Shown: positions 1 through 7,601 of the stretch, in pieces
Numbering within the stretch: position 1 is the stretch's first letter
Layout of the letters: every line of letters starts with the position of its first letter
IMG/VR virus record: IMGVR_UViG_3300037420_000416
Length of the DNA: 60,742 bases
Origin: a virus
Direction: 5' to 3' (one strand)
Translations under genes and position numbers: made by a program
Notes under the pieces: model-generated
Told to the model about the DNA's origin: nothing
Databases searched by the model: none
The model's input: only the letters and a program-made list of their open reading frames with translations

Positions 1-91
1 GCTTGGACTGCGTTGATGTGACGGACCAGGGCGGCACAGATTGCCGGGAAATCCGACTCGTGATACAGCTTGGCCGACTTGTCGGTGGCCG
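1..91. repeat. Terminal direct repeat, copy 1 (identical to 60652-60742); circular-closure overlap or short terminal redundancy
   Basis: Reading both window ends gives the same 91 nt, gcttggactgcgttgatgtg...cttgtcggtggccg, in the same orientation. Confidence 0.95.
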
Positions 92-1760
92 CCGGCGCGA
101 AGCCGAGACGCATCAGGCCGTCGACGGTCAGCGCAATGGGTGCCAGGCGCTCGTTGATCTGGCCGAGTCGCAGCGTCGGCGCCGTCGCTAGTTCTGCTGC
201 CGGGCGCGCGGCGGCGATCGGCGTCACTTGGGCGGCCGGCGCCGGCTCCGGAATAATTTGCGGTTCGACTTGCACCTGGACGGCTTCAGCTCCCCGAGCC
301 TGCTCGCGCGCCACGGCATCTTGGCGTGCGCGCGCATCCGCTTCTGCCTGGTTTCGGGCTGCCTCCTGTTTCCGGCGCACATCCTCAGCTGCCGCTACCG
401 CCTGCTCGGCCTTGACGCGCTCTTCCTCGGCGATCCGCGCGCGCAGAGCTTCTGCCTTCGCGGCTTCCGCCTTCTCGTGGTCGGCGACCCGCAGCTTGAT
501 CAGAGCCATCAGATCGTCAGCGCCCTTCAGCACGATGGAAGCGGTATCGGCGAACAGGAAGGCATGCTCGCTGGCCAGTTCGCGCAGCATGGCCAGGTTG
601 AACCCGATGCGATCTGCGACGGCGTTCGCTTCGATCTTGAAGCGCGCCAGCTCGGTGTCGACCGCGTCGCGCAGGCTGGTGACGGTCTTCTTGCCCTTCA
701 TCACGCCGGCGAAGTCGACGGCGATGGCGGGCATATATGGCTTCCCGAGGCGCGCGTTCAGCGCCGCGATGTGGGCTGCGGCCTTGTCCTTTGCGGCCTG
801 CTGGATCTCGACGCGGATCGTTTCCTTGCGCGCCTTTACGGCCTTCTCCAGCATCAGGCGCGTCTTGCGGGCCAGTTCCTTGTAGCTCGCGACCGTGCGT
901 ACCATCTCGTCGACGGTCGAAATCTGGCCCAGCGCGGATGCTTCGGCGGCGCCCAGCGCATTCTCGGCGCGCTCCATCACCTTGATGGCCTGTTCGGCAT
1001 CGGCGAAGGCCTGGTCGTCGCTGGGGTTCGTGTCGATGTCGGCGATGAACGACTGCAGCCGCTCGCCGAACAGGACCAGGTTGTGGTTCAGCGTGAGTTG
1101 GCCGTCGACGCGGATCGAAAGGGCAGGGAGGTCCTGCACTGCGGCCGCGACGGGCACCGGCAGAGCTTCAACGTGCTCGTAGTTCGCCACGTCAATTTCG
1201 AACTGAGCCCAGCCTGCGACGATGTCAGCACGCAGCGCTTCATTCGCCTCGTACCAGCAATGGCGTTCCTCGATCAGTTCGTCGTTTTCCCACTTCGATG
1301 CCATGAAGAGGATGCGGCCGGCGCCGGATACCATGCATTGCTGCTCCATCTGCACCTGGTACATCATCGGCAAGTCGGCGCCGGTGCATTCCGGTATCAT
1401 GACCGCGCGCAGATCGTCGTTGAGCGTTTTATGCTCAAATGCGATATCCTCAGCTAGCGTAAGGCCATCGAAGCTGGCTGAGTACTTGCCCTCCGATCCG
1501 ACGACTGGATACAAGTCCTGGCCGATGATCGCTTCGGCGAGCGGGCGGGCCAAAGTTTCGTAACGGTGGCCGTCATCGAAGCGCTGCTGCGTGAAAGCGT
1601 CAACCTCTTTTCTGGCGCCGGTCGCATATTCGCAGATCAACTCGGATCGCGTCTTGTATGGCGACACGCCGATCATGGCTGGCGCGTCGCTGGCATTGCG
1701 GTACGACGCGCGGTGAGCTTTCCATTCGGGCGTGCCTTGGATCAGATCATGGATTTGCAT
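1..1760 (-). CDS. YqaJ/lambda-Exo-like recombination exonuclease with a long C-terminal extension (5' part; the ORF crosses the window origin)
   Basis: Absent from the ORF track because it runs off the left edge. My minus-strand translation from ATG 1760 gives MQIHDLIQGTPEWKAHRASYRNASDAPAMIGVSPYKTRSEL..., a YqaJ-type N-domain, followed by an Ala/Glu-rich tail. The frame continues through the 91-nt junction to TGA at 60633-60635 (1779 nt, 592 aa in total). It lies directly downstream of recT. Confidence 0.8.
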   Translation of the reverse strand, partial: MQIHDLIQGTPEWKAHRASYRNASDAPAMIGVSPYKTRSELICEYATGARKEVDAFTQQRFDDGHRYETLARPLAEAIIGQDLYPVVGSEGKYSASFDGLTLAEDIAFEHKTLNDDLRAVMIPECTGADLPMMYQVQMEQQCMVSGAGRILFMASKWENDELIEERHCWYEANEALRADIVAGWAQFEIDVANYEHVEALPVPVAAAVQDLPALSIRVDGQLTLNHNLVLFGERLQSFIADIDTNPSDDQAFADAEQAIKVMERAENALGAAEASALGQISTVDEMVRTVASYKELARKTRLMLEKAVKARKETIRVEIQQAAKDKAAAHIAALNARLGKPYMPAIAVDFAGVMKGKKTVTSLRDAVDTELARFKIEANAVADRIGFNLAMLRELASEHAFLFADTASIVLKGADDLMALIKLRVADHEKAEAAKAEALRARIAEEERVKAEQAVAAAEDVRRKQEAARNQAEADARARQDAVAREQARGAEAVQVQVEPQIIPEPAPAAQVTPIAAARPAAELATAPTLRLGQINERLAPIALTVDGLMRLGFAPAATDKSAKLYHESDFPAICAALVRHINAVQ

Positions 1761-1769
1761 GGCGGCTCC

Positions 1770-2621
1770 TTATTCGTTCTCGTGCGCCCACGAATCGATC
1801 GTGAGCTTCTGTTCTTCGGACAGTGTCGTCTTCGTGCTGAGCATGGCGATTAGTGCGGCCGAAGTCTTCTTGCCGGAGGTGATCAGGGCGCGCCACGCCG
1901 CTTGGTTCTCGGCGAATTTCTCAGCGGTACATTCGGGCAGCGTGGCTGTGACCTTTTGCTGCGCCGGCGTCTGCGCCTTGGGCGTGATATCGACCTCGGC
2001 GACCTCGAACGTCCTGCCTTCCATCTCGTCGGCCGTGGGAGCGCCGCCGGTCATTTCGGGGAATGCCTTGCGCAGAGCCTGGGCTTCGGCACACTTGCCA
2101 AGCTGGCCCATCGAGCGCTTCTTCCACATTGTGTTTGGTGCTTCGGTATCCTTGCCTGCGGTGGCGTAGTTCTCGATCCAATACTCTTTCGCGAAGAATT
2201 CCGCGATGGCGCCGTTTGGCATCAAGCGCTTTACGACGACGCGGCACCACTCAGGAACGCGCAGGCTGACCCCGCTCAGGGTGAGGTCGATCATCGGACC
2301 GTATTCCGGCTCGCCGATGCCGGCGAGTGCGCCGCTGCGTGCTGCCTGGGTGCGATACAGCCCAATGCCTGGCATGATGACGTCGCGCATCGACTTACTG
2401 TGTTTGTCCCACATCGGCACGATGTGCACCGGCTTTTGCATGGGATCGAGGCCGGCCGCACGGCAGTAGCCGATTACCAGTTTGATGCTGCCCATCGCTG
2501 CGCCCGGGTACAGGCTCGATTGCAGGACGTCGATAAGTTCCTCTTCCAGCATTGCCAGCGATCCGCCGGGCCCACCTAAATCCTGACGGACGGCCAGGGC
2601 GTTTTGAACCGGTGCGTTCAC
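1770..2621 (-). CDS. recT: RecT/Bet-family single-strand annealing recombinase
   Basis: Track ORF 1770..2717. I prefer GTG 2621, preceded by AGGAGG, because the upstream extension overlaps another small ORF. The sequence ...KPVHIVPMWDKHSKSMRDVIMPGIGLYRTQAARSGALAGIGEPEYGP... is RecT-like, and the gene is paired with the exonuclease. Confidence 0.88.
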   Translation of the reverse strand: MNAPVQNALAVRQDLGGPGGSLAMLEEELIDVLQSSLYPGAAMGSIKLVIGYCRAAGLDPMQKPVHIVPMWDKHSKSMRDVIMPGIGLYRTQAARSGALAGIGEPEYGPMIDLTLSGVSLRVPEWCRVVVKRLMPNGAIAEFFAKEYWIENYATAGKDTEAPNTMWKKRSMGQLGKCAEAQALRKAFPEMTGGAPTADEMEGRTFEVAEVDITPKAQTPAQQKVTATLPECTAEKFAENQAAWRALITSGKKTSAALIAMLSTKTTLSEEQKLTIDSWAHENE

Positions 2622-2673
2622 TGTTTCCTCCTGAATTATGTTGATAGGCTTACGCGAAGACGTGCAACTCGGA

Positions 2674-2808
2674 TCAGGCTGGAAGCCCCGTAACCGCGAT
2701 GACTGCGGCGGAGACAATGCCCAAGATCGTCAGGCCGGCAAGCTTGACCTTGGCGGCGAACAGTTCAGCTTCCGTGTTGCGAATGACTTGGTGCGTATGG
2801 CGGTCCAT
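2674..2808 (-). CDS. Small membrane protein (44 aa)
   Basis: Below the track cutoff. ATG 2808 is preceded by GAGGAG. Translation MDRHTHQVIRNTEAELFAAKVKLAGLTILGIVSAAVIAVTGLPA has one hydrophobic helix. Confidence 0.4.
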   Translation of the reverse strand: MDRHTHQVIRNTEAELFAAKVKLAGLTILGIVSAAVIAVTGLPA

Positions 2809-2832
2809 GACGTTCTCCTCGTTGATGTGGTG

Positions 2833-3039
2833 CTACCAGTTCTGGATTTGGTTGCGGCGTGCGGTCAACTTCACGGCGCGGTTGCGTTCGTACAGTTCCA
2901 TCGGCACGATCTGGCTGCGCATGTTCATGAAGTGTTCTGCGCGCTTCTCGGCTTGGATCAGCTGGTGCTTGGTCCAGAGTAGGGCGGCCGGCTTGATGAT
3001 CTTGCGCACCAGGCGGCGAGCGATGCGGGCGGCGATCAT
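2833..3039 (-). CDS. Hypothetical early protein (68 aa)
   Basis: Track ORF 2833..3123. The internal ATG 3039 (MIAARIARRLV...) follows GAGGAA and overlaps the upstream stop as ATGA. Confidence 0.5.
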   Translation of the reverse strand: MIAARIARRLVRKIIKPAALLWTKHQLIQAEKRAEHFMNMRSQIVPMELYERNRAVKLTARRNQIQNW

Positions 3040-3218
3040 GGCGTTTCCTCGACCTTGTCGCCGGTCTTTTCGGTCGCGACGATCGCGCCCAGCCAAGTAG
3101 CGGCGAAGAGGAACCATCCCCATCCGGGTTTTCCCTCATACGCAAGATGGCTGGCAGAGAGTGCGCAGGCGATCGCAACAAGCATGCGTCCGACGACGAC
3201 CAGGGTTATTGGTTTCAT
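3036..3218 (-). CDS. Small membrane protein (60 aa)
   Basis: Track ORF with two hydrophobic segments (ITLVVVGRMLVAIACAL, WGWFLFAATWLGAIVA). It is ATGA-coupled on both sides. Confidence 0.55.
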   Translation of the reverse strand: MKPITLVVVGRMLVAIACALSASHLAYEGKPGWGWFLFAATWLGAIVATEKTGDKVEETP

Positions 3219-3415
3219 TTGGCACGCTCCGCCAGCATGGCGTCCGCCTCTCTGTGCGCAGCTGCAGCTCGTGCGGTTGCGCCGATACCCTGATCCATAA
3301 GGGCCTGCATCGCCTTCGCCGCGAAGTAGTCGCGCAGCGACATACCGTTGAAGTCTTCGTCGTGCTGCAGGCCGGGCACTGGGAATGCTGGGCCGCCGGT
3401 TGCTGATCTCATCAC
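3215..3415 (-). CDS. Hypothetical early protein (66 aa)
   Basis: Track ORF in the coupled leftward gene chain. Confidence 0.5.
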   Translation of the reverse strand: MMRSATGGPAFPVPGLQHDEDFNGMSLRDYFAAKAMQALMDQGIGATARAAAAHREADAMLAERAK

Positions 3416-3449
3416 TGCTCCTATCTGGCCGGCGCCGCCGGCGGTTGGT

Positions 3450-3650
3450 TTATTGAGTGACGCTGACTTCGTCGACGCCGCGCTGGAATGCCAGCCACAG
3501 CAGGTCGATCACGTCGTACTGGTTACGCACGGCGCGGTACCACGCTTCCAGTGCGGTGCGCTGCTGAGCAGCGAGGCAGTAGCTGCAGTCAAGGTGACCT
3601 CCGATGTCCTTCGACAGGCTGCCGGTGTCGTTGCAATGAGGGCAGTTCAT
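3450..3650 (-). CDS. Small zinc-finger-like protein (66 aa)
   Basis: Track ORF 3450..3671. ATG 3650 overlaps the upstream stop (ATGA). MNCPHCNDTGS...LDCSYCLAAQ gives a CxxC...CxxC pattern. Confidence 0.55.
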   Translation of the reverse strand: MNCPHCNDTGSLSKDIGGHLDCSYCLAAQQRTALEAWYRAVRNQYDVIDLLWLAFQRGVDEVSVTQ

Positions 3651-4009
3651 GCCAGCACTCCTCGATCCCACAGCCAGCGCATCGCGCGCTCGGAAAGTGA
3701 TTCCTCGACCCGGTACCGCTCCATGTCATCCACGTCCTTCTCGGCCAGCACCTCGGCTTCCTGAAAGATCGCCAGTTCAACGGCTGCCGCGTGATCCACG
3801 CCCACCGCAGCGGAATGGCCGACCACGGCTTGGCGCAGGACGTCGGCCGCATCGCCTTCGAAGTCGCCCAGATCCAGGCGCTCCAGAACTGCCTCGATGG
3901 TCGATACGCGGTTGATGCGGATGTCGTGCTTGATGGCTTGGATACGCGCGTCGATCAACTGGCAGATCTTGTCTTCGCTTGCCTCGTCGTCGTAGGGGAA
4001 GCGGTCCAT
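3647..4009 (-). CDS. Acidic hypothetical early protein (120 aa)
   Basis: Track ORF 3647..4060. ATG 4009 (MDRFPYDDEASEDK...) is preceded by GGAGG. Confidence 0.55.
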   Translation of the reverse strand: MDRFPYDDEASEDKICQLIDARIQAIKHDIRINRVSTIEAVLERLDLGDFEGDAADVLRQAVVGHSAAVGVDHAAAVELAIFQEAEVLAEKDVDDMERYRVEESLSERAMRWLWDRGVLA

Positions 4010-4010
4010 G

Positions 4011-4307
4011 TCAGGCCTCCGCTGCGGAAAGGGCATCACCGACCTGCCGGATTTCAGCATCGGTGCCGTGAATGCTTACGTAGATTCGCGCAGCCTTTAA
4101 CGCCGCTACCAGCTGCTCGTGCGAGTTCACGGCGCGGACGATGAGGTCCGTATTGCCGATGCAGTACTCCCAGTCTTCCATTCGCTCTTTCCCGCGTGCG
4201 CGCGGATCCGGGCTGCTGACGGTCGCCACGCGATACCCATTTTCTTTCGTGACGATCTGCTGACCCTCCGCAATCCACGGCGTTGGGCTGTGCTTCGTGT
4301 TGGACAT
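4011..4307 (-). CDS. Hypothetical early protein (98 aa)
   Basis: Track ORF, MSNTKHSPTPWIAEGQQIVTKENGYRVATV.... It is the first gene after the 425-bp non-coding gap. Confidence 0.6.
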   Translation of the reverse strand: MSNTKHSPTPWIAEGQQIVTKENGYRVATVSSPDPRARGKERMEDWEYCIGNTDLIVRAVNSHEQLVAALKAARIYVSIHGTDAEIRQVGDALSAAEA

Positions 4308-4444
4308 GTGTTCTCCATCTGCCCTGCTGGGCGGTAACTGCCCGCAGTAGCGGGCGCGGGGTGTTCGAAAGTGCTGACGTGCATTTGGCTGTCACATTTC
4401 TGCGCTCCTATTCATATCGAATGACTGCACTTGATCGTTTCAGC

Positions 4445-4600
4445 TACTAGAGCAAGGGGCTGGGCGCTACATCCAGCTTCAAAGTGCATCCAGCGGTATC
4501 ACTGGTTTGCTAGCACAACCTCGGGCCGGGGCATTCACGTTCGCCCCTACTCTTGTTCGGCTTGCCCATGCGCGATTTACATGGTTCCCTTGCTCTAGTA
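4445..4600. other. 156-nt structured element: candidate ncRNA, or a MITE-like insertion
   Basis: A perfect 14-bp inverted repeat (TACTAGAGCAAGGG 4445-4458 with CCCTTGCTCTAGTA 4587-4600) encloses four local hairpins: 4459-4477, 4490-4505, 4528-4547 and 4566-4584. It lies in the only long ORF-free gap (4308-4733) of the leftward operon. Confidence 0.45.
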
Positions 4601-4733
4601 ACGCCGGTCTCTTCCCGGCTGCCATCCATGCCGCGCGTCCTAAAAACCTCTTGGAGATCGAGGGGAACAGGACTTCCCATACGCACATGGCTGCTGGTGT
4701 TTGTCCGACTACCAGCTGCGGTCTGCCGTGAAA

Positions 4734-4976
4734 TCAGTGCGACTGCTTAATGTCCCGGTACTGGTACGGCTTGAGCGGCTTGTCCAATCGGAGCGCGTCG
4801 ACTTCAGCGCGCGCTTCCTCCAGCAGGGCAGGGTCTGGACGCAGACAGAGCGCGATTGCATCCACGTAGCCGCGGTTATAAATGCGGTCGTATTCACTGG
4901 CCGGATGTCTTGCAATGCGCAGGTTGTCGATCAGGATGCGCAGCGCGATGTCGCCGGGGCGTGTAGCGTTCAACAT
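4734..4976 (-). CDS. Hypothetical early protein (80 aa)
   Basis: Track ORF 4734..5099. The internal ATG 4976 (MLNATRPGDIALRILIDNLRIARHP...) sits just after the stop of the upstream small ORF. Confidence 0.5.
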   Translation of the reverse strand: MLNATRPGDIALRILIDNLRIARHPASEYDRIYNRGYVDAIALCLRPDPALLEEARAEVDALRLDKPLKPYQYRDIKQSH

Positions 4977-4984
4977 GGCGAACC

Positions 4985-5131
4985 TCAGCGATCGCAGTTG
5001 GTGTTCTTGGCCGGGACGTTCAGTCCCCATCCAAGCATGCGACGAACCTCTGCCGGCGACGGTGGAACAGTCTTTGCCTGCTGGCGCTGCTGCATCCACT
5101 GCCTGATTTGCTCTTTCGACGGTAAGGACAT
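4985..5131 (-). CDS. Small hypothetical protein (48 aa)
   Basis: Below the track cutoff. ATG 5131; MSLPSKEQIRQWMQQRQQAKTVPPSPAEVRRMLGWGLNVPAKNTNCDR. It fills the gap in the gene chain. Confidence 0.35.
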   Translation of the reverse strand: MSLPSKEQIRQWMQQRQQAKTVPPSPAEVRRMLGWGLNVPAKNTNCDR

Positions 5132-5143
5132 GATCAACCCCTG

Positions 5144-5272
5144 TTATTTGAAGTTCAGGACCAAAGAAACTGCGTGTACAGCGTGATCGATCGCATCGAA
5201 CAGAAACCGGCCAAGGACCGTTGCGCCGACCAGGATCAGGACAAACAACATGGCGTAAGCGAGCGTCTTCAT
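5144..5272 (-). CDS. Small membrane protein (42 aa)
   Basis: Below the track cutoff. MKTLAYAMLFVLILVGATVLGRFLFDAIDHAVHAVSLVLNFK has one TM helix. Confidence 0.4.
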   Translation of the reverse strand: MKTLAYAMLFVLILVGATVLGRFLFDAIDHAVHAVSLVLNFK

Positions 5273-5275
5273 GGC

Positions 5276-5455
5276 TTAGTTGAACTTGATCGCCGGGACG
5301 TCGAAACCATCGGCCATCAGGTTCGCTTCCACGTGGTTGATGATCGGGTTACCGCGCCATGCCTTCGAGAAGCGAAAGCCGGTTGCGCGCATCACGGGCG
5401 CCGCGATCACGGCCATCGCGCGCATGAACTTGTAGTGGGTTTTGGTGACGTCCAT
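5276..5455 (-). CDS. Small hypothetical protein (59 aa)
   Basis: Distal part of track ORF 5276..5803. ATG 5455 (MDVTKTHYKFMRAMAVIAAPV...) is preceded by GGAG. The upstream part of the track ORF is Arg/Ala-rich shadow. Confidence 0.45.
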   Translation of the reverse strand: MDVTKTHYKFMRAMAVIAAPVMRATGFRFSKAWRGNPIINHVEANLMADGFDVPAIKFN

Positions 5456-5484
5456 GGTTTGCTCCGTTGTGGTGACTCGGTTAA

Positions 5485-5634
5485 TCACAGGGTCTTGCGT
5501 GCTTTGCGCTCGACATCGGCGCGTTTTTCGGTGCGCTTTTGCTGGTCCTTGCGATCCAGCTTGTCGAAGGCGTCCAGGACCTGCCGCGCGTACCGCTTTG
5601 CGGCTAGGTCGATGACCTTTGCGGGCTTCTTCAT
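5485..5634 (-). CDS. Small basic protein (49 aa)
   Basis: Below the track cutoff. MKKPAKVIDLAAKRYARQVLDAFDKLDRKDQQKRTEKRADVERKARKTL. Confidence 0.35.
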   Translation of the reverse strand: MKKPAKVIDLAAKRYARQVLDAFDKLDRKDQQKRTEKRADVERKARKTL

Positions 5635-5636
5635 GG

Positions 5637-5915
5637 CTAGGCAGCGCGAAGGCATTCGGTTGCGCCTTCGCGTTTCGCGCTGCGGCCCATCGAGAGAACA
5701 GCATCGGCGGACACCTTGTAGTTCTTGCCCATGTAGTGCTGACGAAGCAGCTTAGAGGCGCAGATGACGCCAACGCTGATTGCTTCGCCGTCCTCGCCCT
5801 CAAGGACGACGGCGCGGGTCAGGTTCGTTTTGCCGCAGCAGTCGCACACCGGATAGTCGGACGTGCCGAGGACAAGGTATTTGGCGCCTTTGATCAGTTT
5901 CATCGTGGTGGTCAT
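5637..5915 (-). CDS. First gene of the leftward early operon (92 aa, Cys-containing)
   Basis: Track ORF with GGGAG 7 nt upstream of ATG 5915. It lies 38 nt downstream of the predicted PL start. Confidence 0.6.
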   Translation of the reverse strand: MTTTMKLIKGAKYLVLGTSDYPVCDCCGKTNLTRAVVLEGEDGEAISVGVICASKLLRQHYMGKNYKVSADAVLSMGRSAKREGATECLRAA

Positions 5916-5953
5916 GGCGGGCTCCCAGTTGGTTTCGTATGCGCTGCGTCGAT

Positions 5954-5990
5954 GGATTCATTAAACCACAGGTTGAATCCCGATTCAAGC
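5954..5990 (-). promoter_or_regulatory. PL-like promoter with OL operator
   Basis: The minus strand reads TTGAAT (5983-5988) - 17 nt - TTTAAT (5960-5965). The inverted repeat GGTTGAATcccgATTCAAGC (5971-5990) covers the -35 and spacer. The 25-nt block 5954-5978 matches the reverse complement of 8012-8036 at 24/25 positions. Confidence 0.7.
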
Positions 5991-6075
5991 GCAGTTTGAA
6001 AAAATTTCGCAAAAATCCATCACGACGTTTATGCGTAATGATTTATAAGAAGAAATCCCTAGATCGGAGGGACGT

Positions 6076-6098
6076 AAAAAAGCCGCGTCGTGCGCGGC
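6076..6098 (-). terminator. Rho-independent terminator closing the 174-aa gene unit
   Basis: On the minus strand, stem GCCGCG - 5-nt loop (CACGA) - CGCGGC is followed by TTTTTT. It lies between the stop at 6155 and PL. Confidence 0.7.
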
Positions 6099-6154
6099 GT
6101 GAAGGATGGGGTGTTCTGCTCAGGTCCTGGCAACCGTACGAGCAGGGACGTAGC

Positions 6155-6679
6155 CTAGTCAGGCAGTCGCCCCTCGCGTACACGGACATCGAGGACCGTT
6201 TTGCCATCCTTGGCCAAATCGCATTCGTAAATCACGGCCGTGTATGCGCCAAAGCCATTTTGGAACTCGGCCCGATCACCGACCATCGTGACGGCGCCTA
6301 TGGATTTGTCAGCCCAGCGGAAGCGGCTGAATTTCGGCTCAAGGGCGCTGTCAGTCCACTTCACGCTGTGCGTCGCGAGGCGTTCGATTGGACGTCTACA
6401 GTACATTCCAGCGCCCACGATTGCTTTGTCGCCCAGGCATTGCAAGTCGTCGACTGCGCACCCCGACGCCGCGGATTTACTGCTGCATGACGCTTGAAAG
6501 AGGGCGTAAGCTAGAGTCAAGAAGCAAACCCCCTGTACTATTGACAAGAGCGGTTTTAGTTTCGGCTTTGGTTTAACTTCTGGTGCCGCCGGCGCCATCT
6601 GCGGCGCACCGCAGTGCGGACAGGCCGTTGCGCTGGTGCTGATTTGAGTGCCGCATTCCTTGCAAGGTAACAGGGCCAT
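6155..6679 (-). CDS. Zinc-ribbon / single-TM / Cys-containing C-domain protein (174 aa), accessory gene in the rexAB position
   Basis: Track ORF with GGAGG before the ATG. N-terminus CKECGTQISTSATACPHCG, Pro/Lys linker, TM segment LLSIVQGVCFLTLAYALFQA, then a roughly 105-aa domain with 4 Cys. The local DNA is AT-rich. Confidence 0.7.
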   Translation of the reverse strand: MALLPCKECGTQISTSATACPHCGAPQMAPAAPEVKPKPKLKPLLSIVQGVCFLTLAYALFQASCSSKSAASGCAVDDLQCLGDKAIVGAGMYCRRPIERLATHSVKWTDSALEPKFSRFRWADKSIGAVTMVGDRAEFQNGFGAYTAVIYECDLAKDGKTVLDVRVREGRLPD

Positions 6680-6872
6680 CCTAGCCTCCGAGCATGGTTT
6701 CGAGAGCGTCTAAACCGCCTAACACGATGACTCCATGAGTGCGCCTTTCACTCATCAATACTACTCCCGAGCACAGTCGTACGTAGCACCGAAGTTACCA
6801 AAGTTGCATCGATCCAACACAGGTTTAGCGTTCTAAATTATGCTGTTGAAAAGCAGGTTCGATGAGGTACAC

Positions 6873-6892
6873 TACTGTTTATTCATACAGTG
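6873..6892. promoter_or_regulatory. SOS (LexA) box
   Basis: TACTGTTTATTCATACAGTG matches CTGT-N8-ACAG with TA flanks. It lies in the 325-bp spacer upstream of the 174-aa gene. Confidence 0.6.
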
Positions 6893-7004
6893 TTTCTTTG
6901 CAGTGCAATGCGTCATTTGTTACATGCAGAAACAATGATGCTGAAACTTCGTTTCCGTGGTGGCTAGACTTGATGCATGCATTTCAAAAAGGGCGTATTG
7001 CATC

Positions 7005-7235
7005 TCAACTACGCAAAAGGGTAAGTACTTGGCGCAACATCATTTTTAGCTCTTCATTCTGCTTGGTAATTTCCTCAAGCAGCGTGGTGTTTAGCCTGGA
7101 CAGCATCTCATCATTAAGCGAGTGCTCGTTCTCTTTCGCGGCCTTGGTCAGGGCCTGGTGGAGCTCAGGCGGAATGCGAATGGCGGTCTTAACGTAAGTC
7201 TGCTGTTTTGACTGTTGAATGGGCGGTTTTGTCAT
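7005..7235 (-). CDS. Arc/MetJ-type ribbon-helix-helix DNA-binding protein (76 aa)
   Basis: Track ORF. ...YVKTAIRIPPELHQALTKAAKENEHSLNDEMLSRLNTTL... fits the Arc-like beta-strand/helix/helix pattern, followed by a coiled-coil tail. Confidence 0.65.
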   Translation of the reverse strand: MTKPPIQQSKQQTYVKTAIRIPPELHQALTKAAKENEHSLNDEMLSRLNTTLLEEITKQNEELKMMLRQVLTLLRS

Positions 7236-7409
7236 CGCCCGATTTTTTCATGTTGCTTCAGACTCACAGTCGATACGCCTTCAAACTGAAAGCATCTGTT
7301 TCGTGACAATTGGTGAGTATTAATGTTTCATGGAAGTGTGATACTGAGTACAGTGTAAGAGTGTTCCTACACACGAGAGTTTTTATCAACTTGTTAGTTA
7401 AGAGGCGCC

Positions 7410-7601
7410 ATGAATAAGATGAGGGCAAGCACCCCAACGGAGACATGCGGCACCGCTGTGACACCACTCACAGATGAAGAGGCTCACATCATTCGGCGCC
7501 TGCGACTCATGCGCGCGTCGGCCAGGAAGATGATTTTTGATCTGACTGCGGAGTACGCTCGTGATTTTCCGGACCCAGAACGGTTCGCGAGCACCACTTA
7601 A
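7410..7601 (+). CDS. Hypothetical 63-aa protein, divergent from the Arc-like gene
   Basis: Track ORF with AGAGG 5 nt before the ATG. Its stop overlaps the cI-like stop (convergent TTAA at 7598-7601). Confidence 0.5.
   Translation: MNKMRASTPTETCGTAVTPLTDEEAHIIRRLRLMRASARKMIFDLTAEYARDFPDPERFASTT

Noticed and set aside
70-1457. Long + strand ORFs (70..885, 228..1457, 895..1182, 1222..1563) at the left end
   Set aside because: They are antisense shadows of the minus-strand YqaJ-like exonuclease gene. Their translations are Ala/Arg/Ser/Leu-rich with no motifs, whereas the minus-strand frame gives a recognisable exonuclease coupled to recT.
6862-7197. 111-aa + strand ORF downstream of the SOS box
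   Set aside because: It is antisense to the Arc-like gene. It has low-complexity Ser/Phe-rich sequence and no ribosome-binding site.
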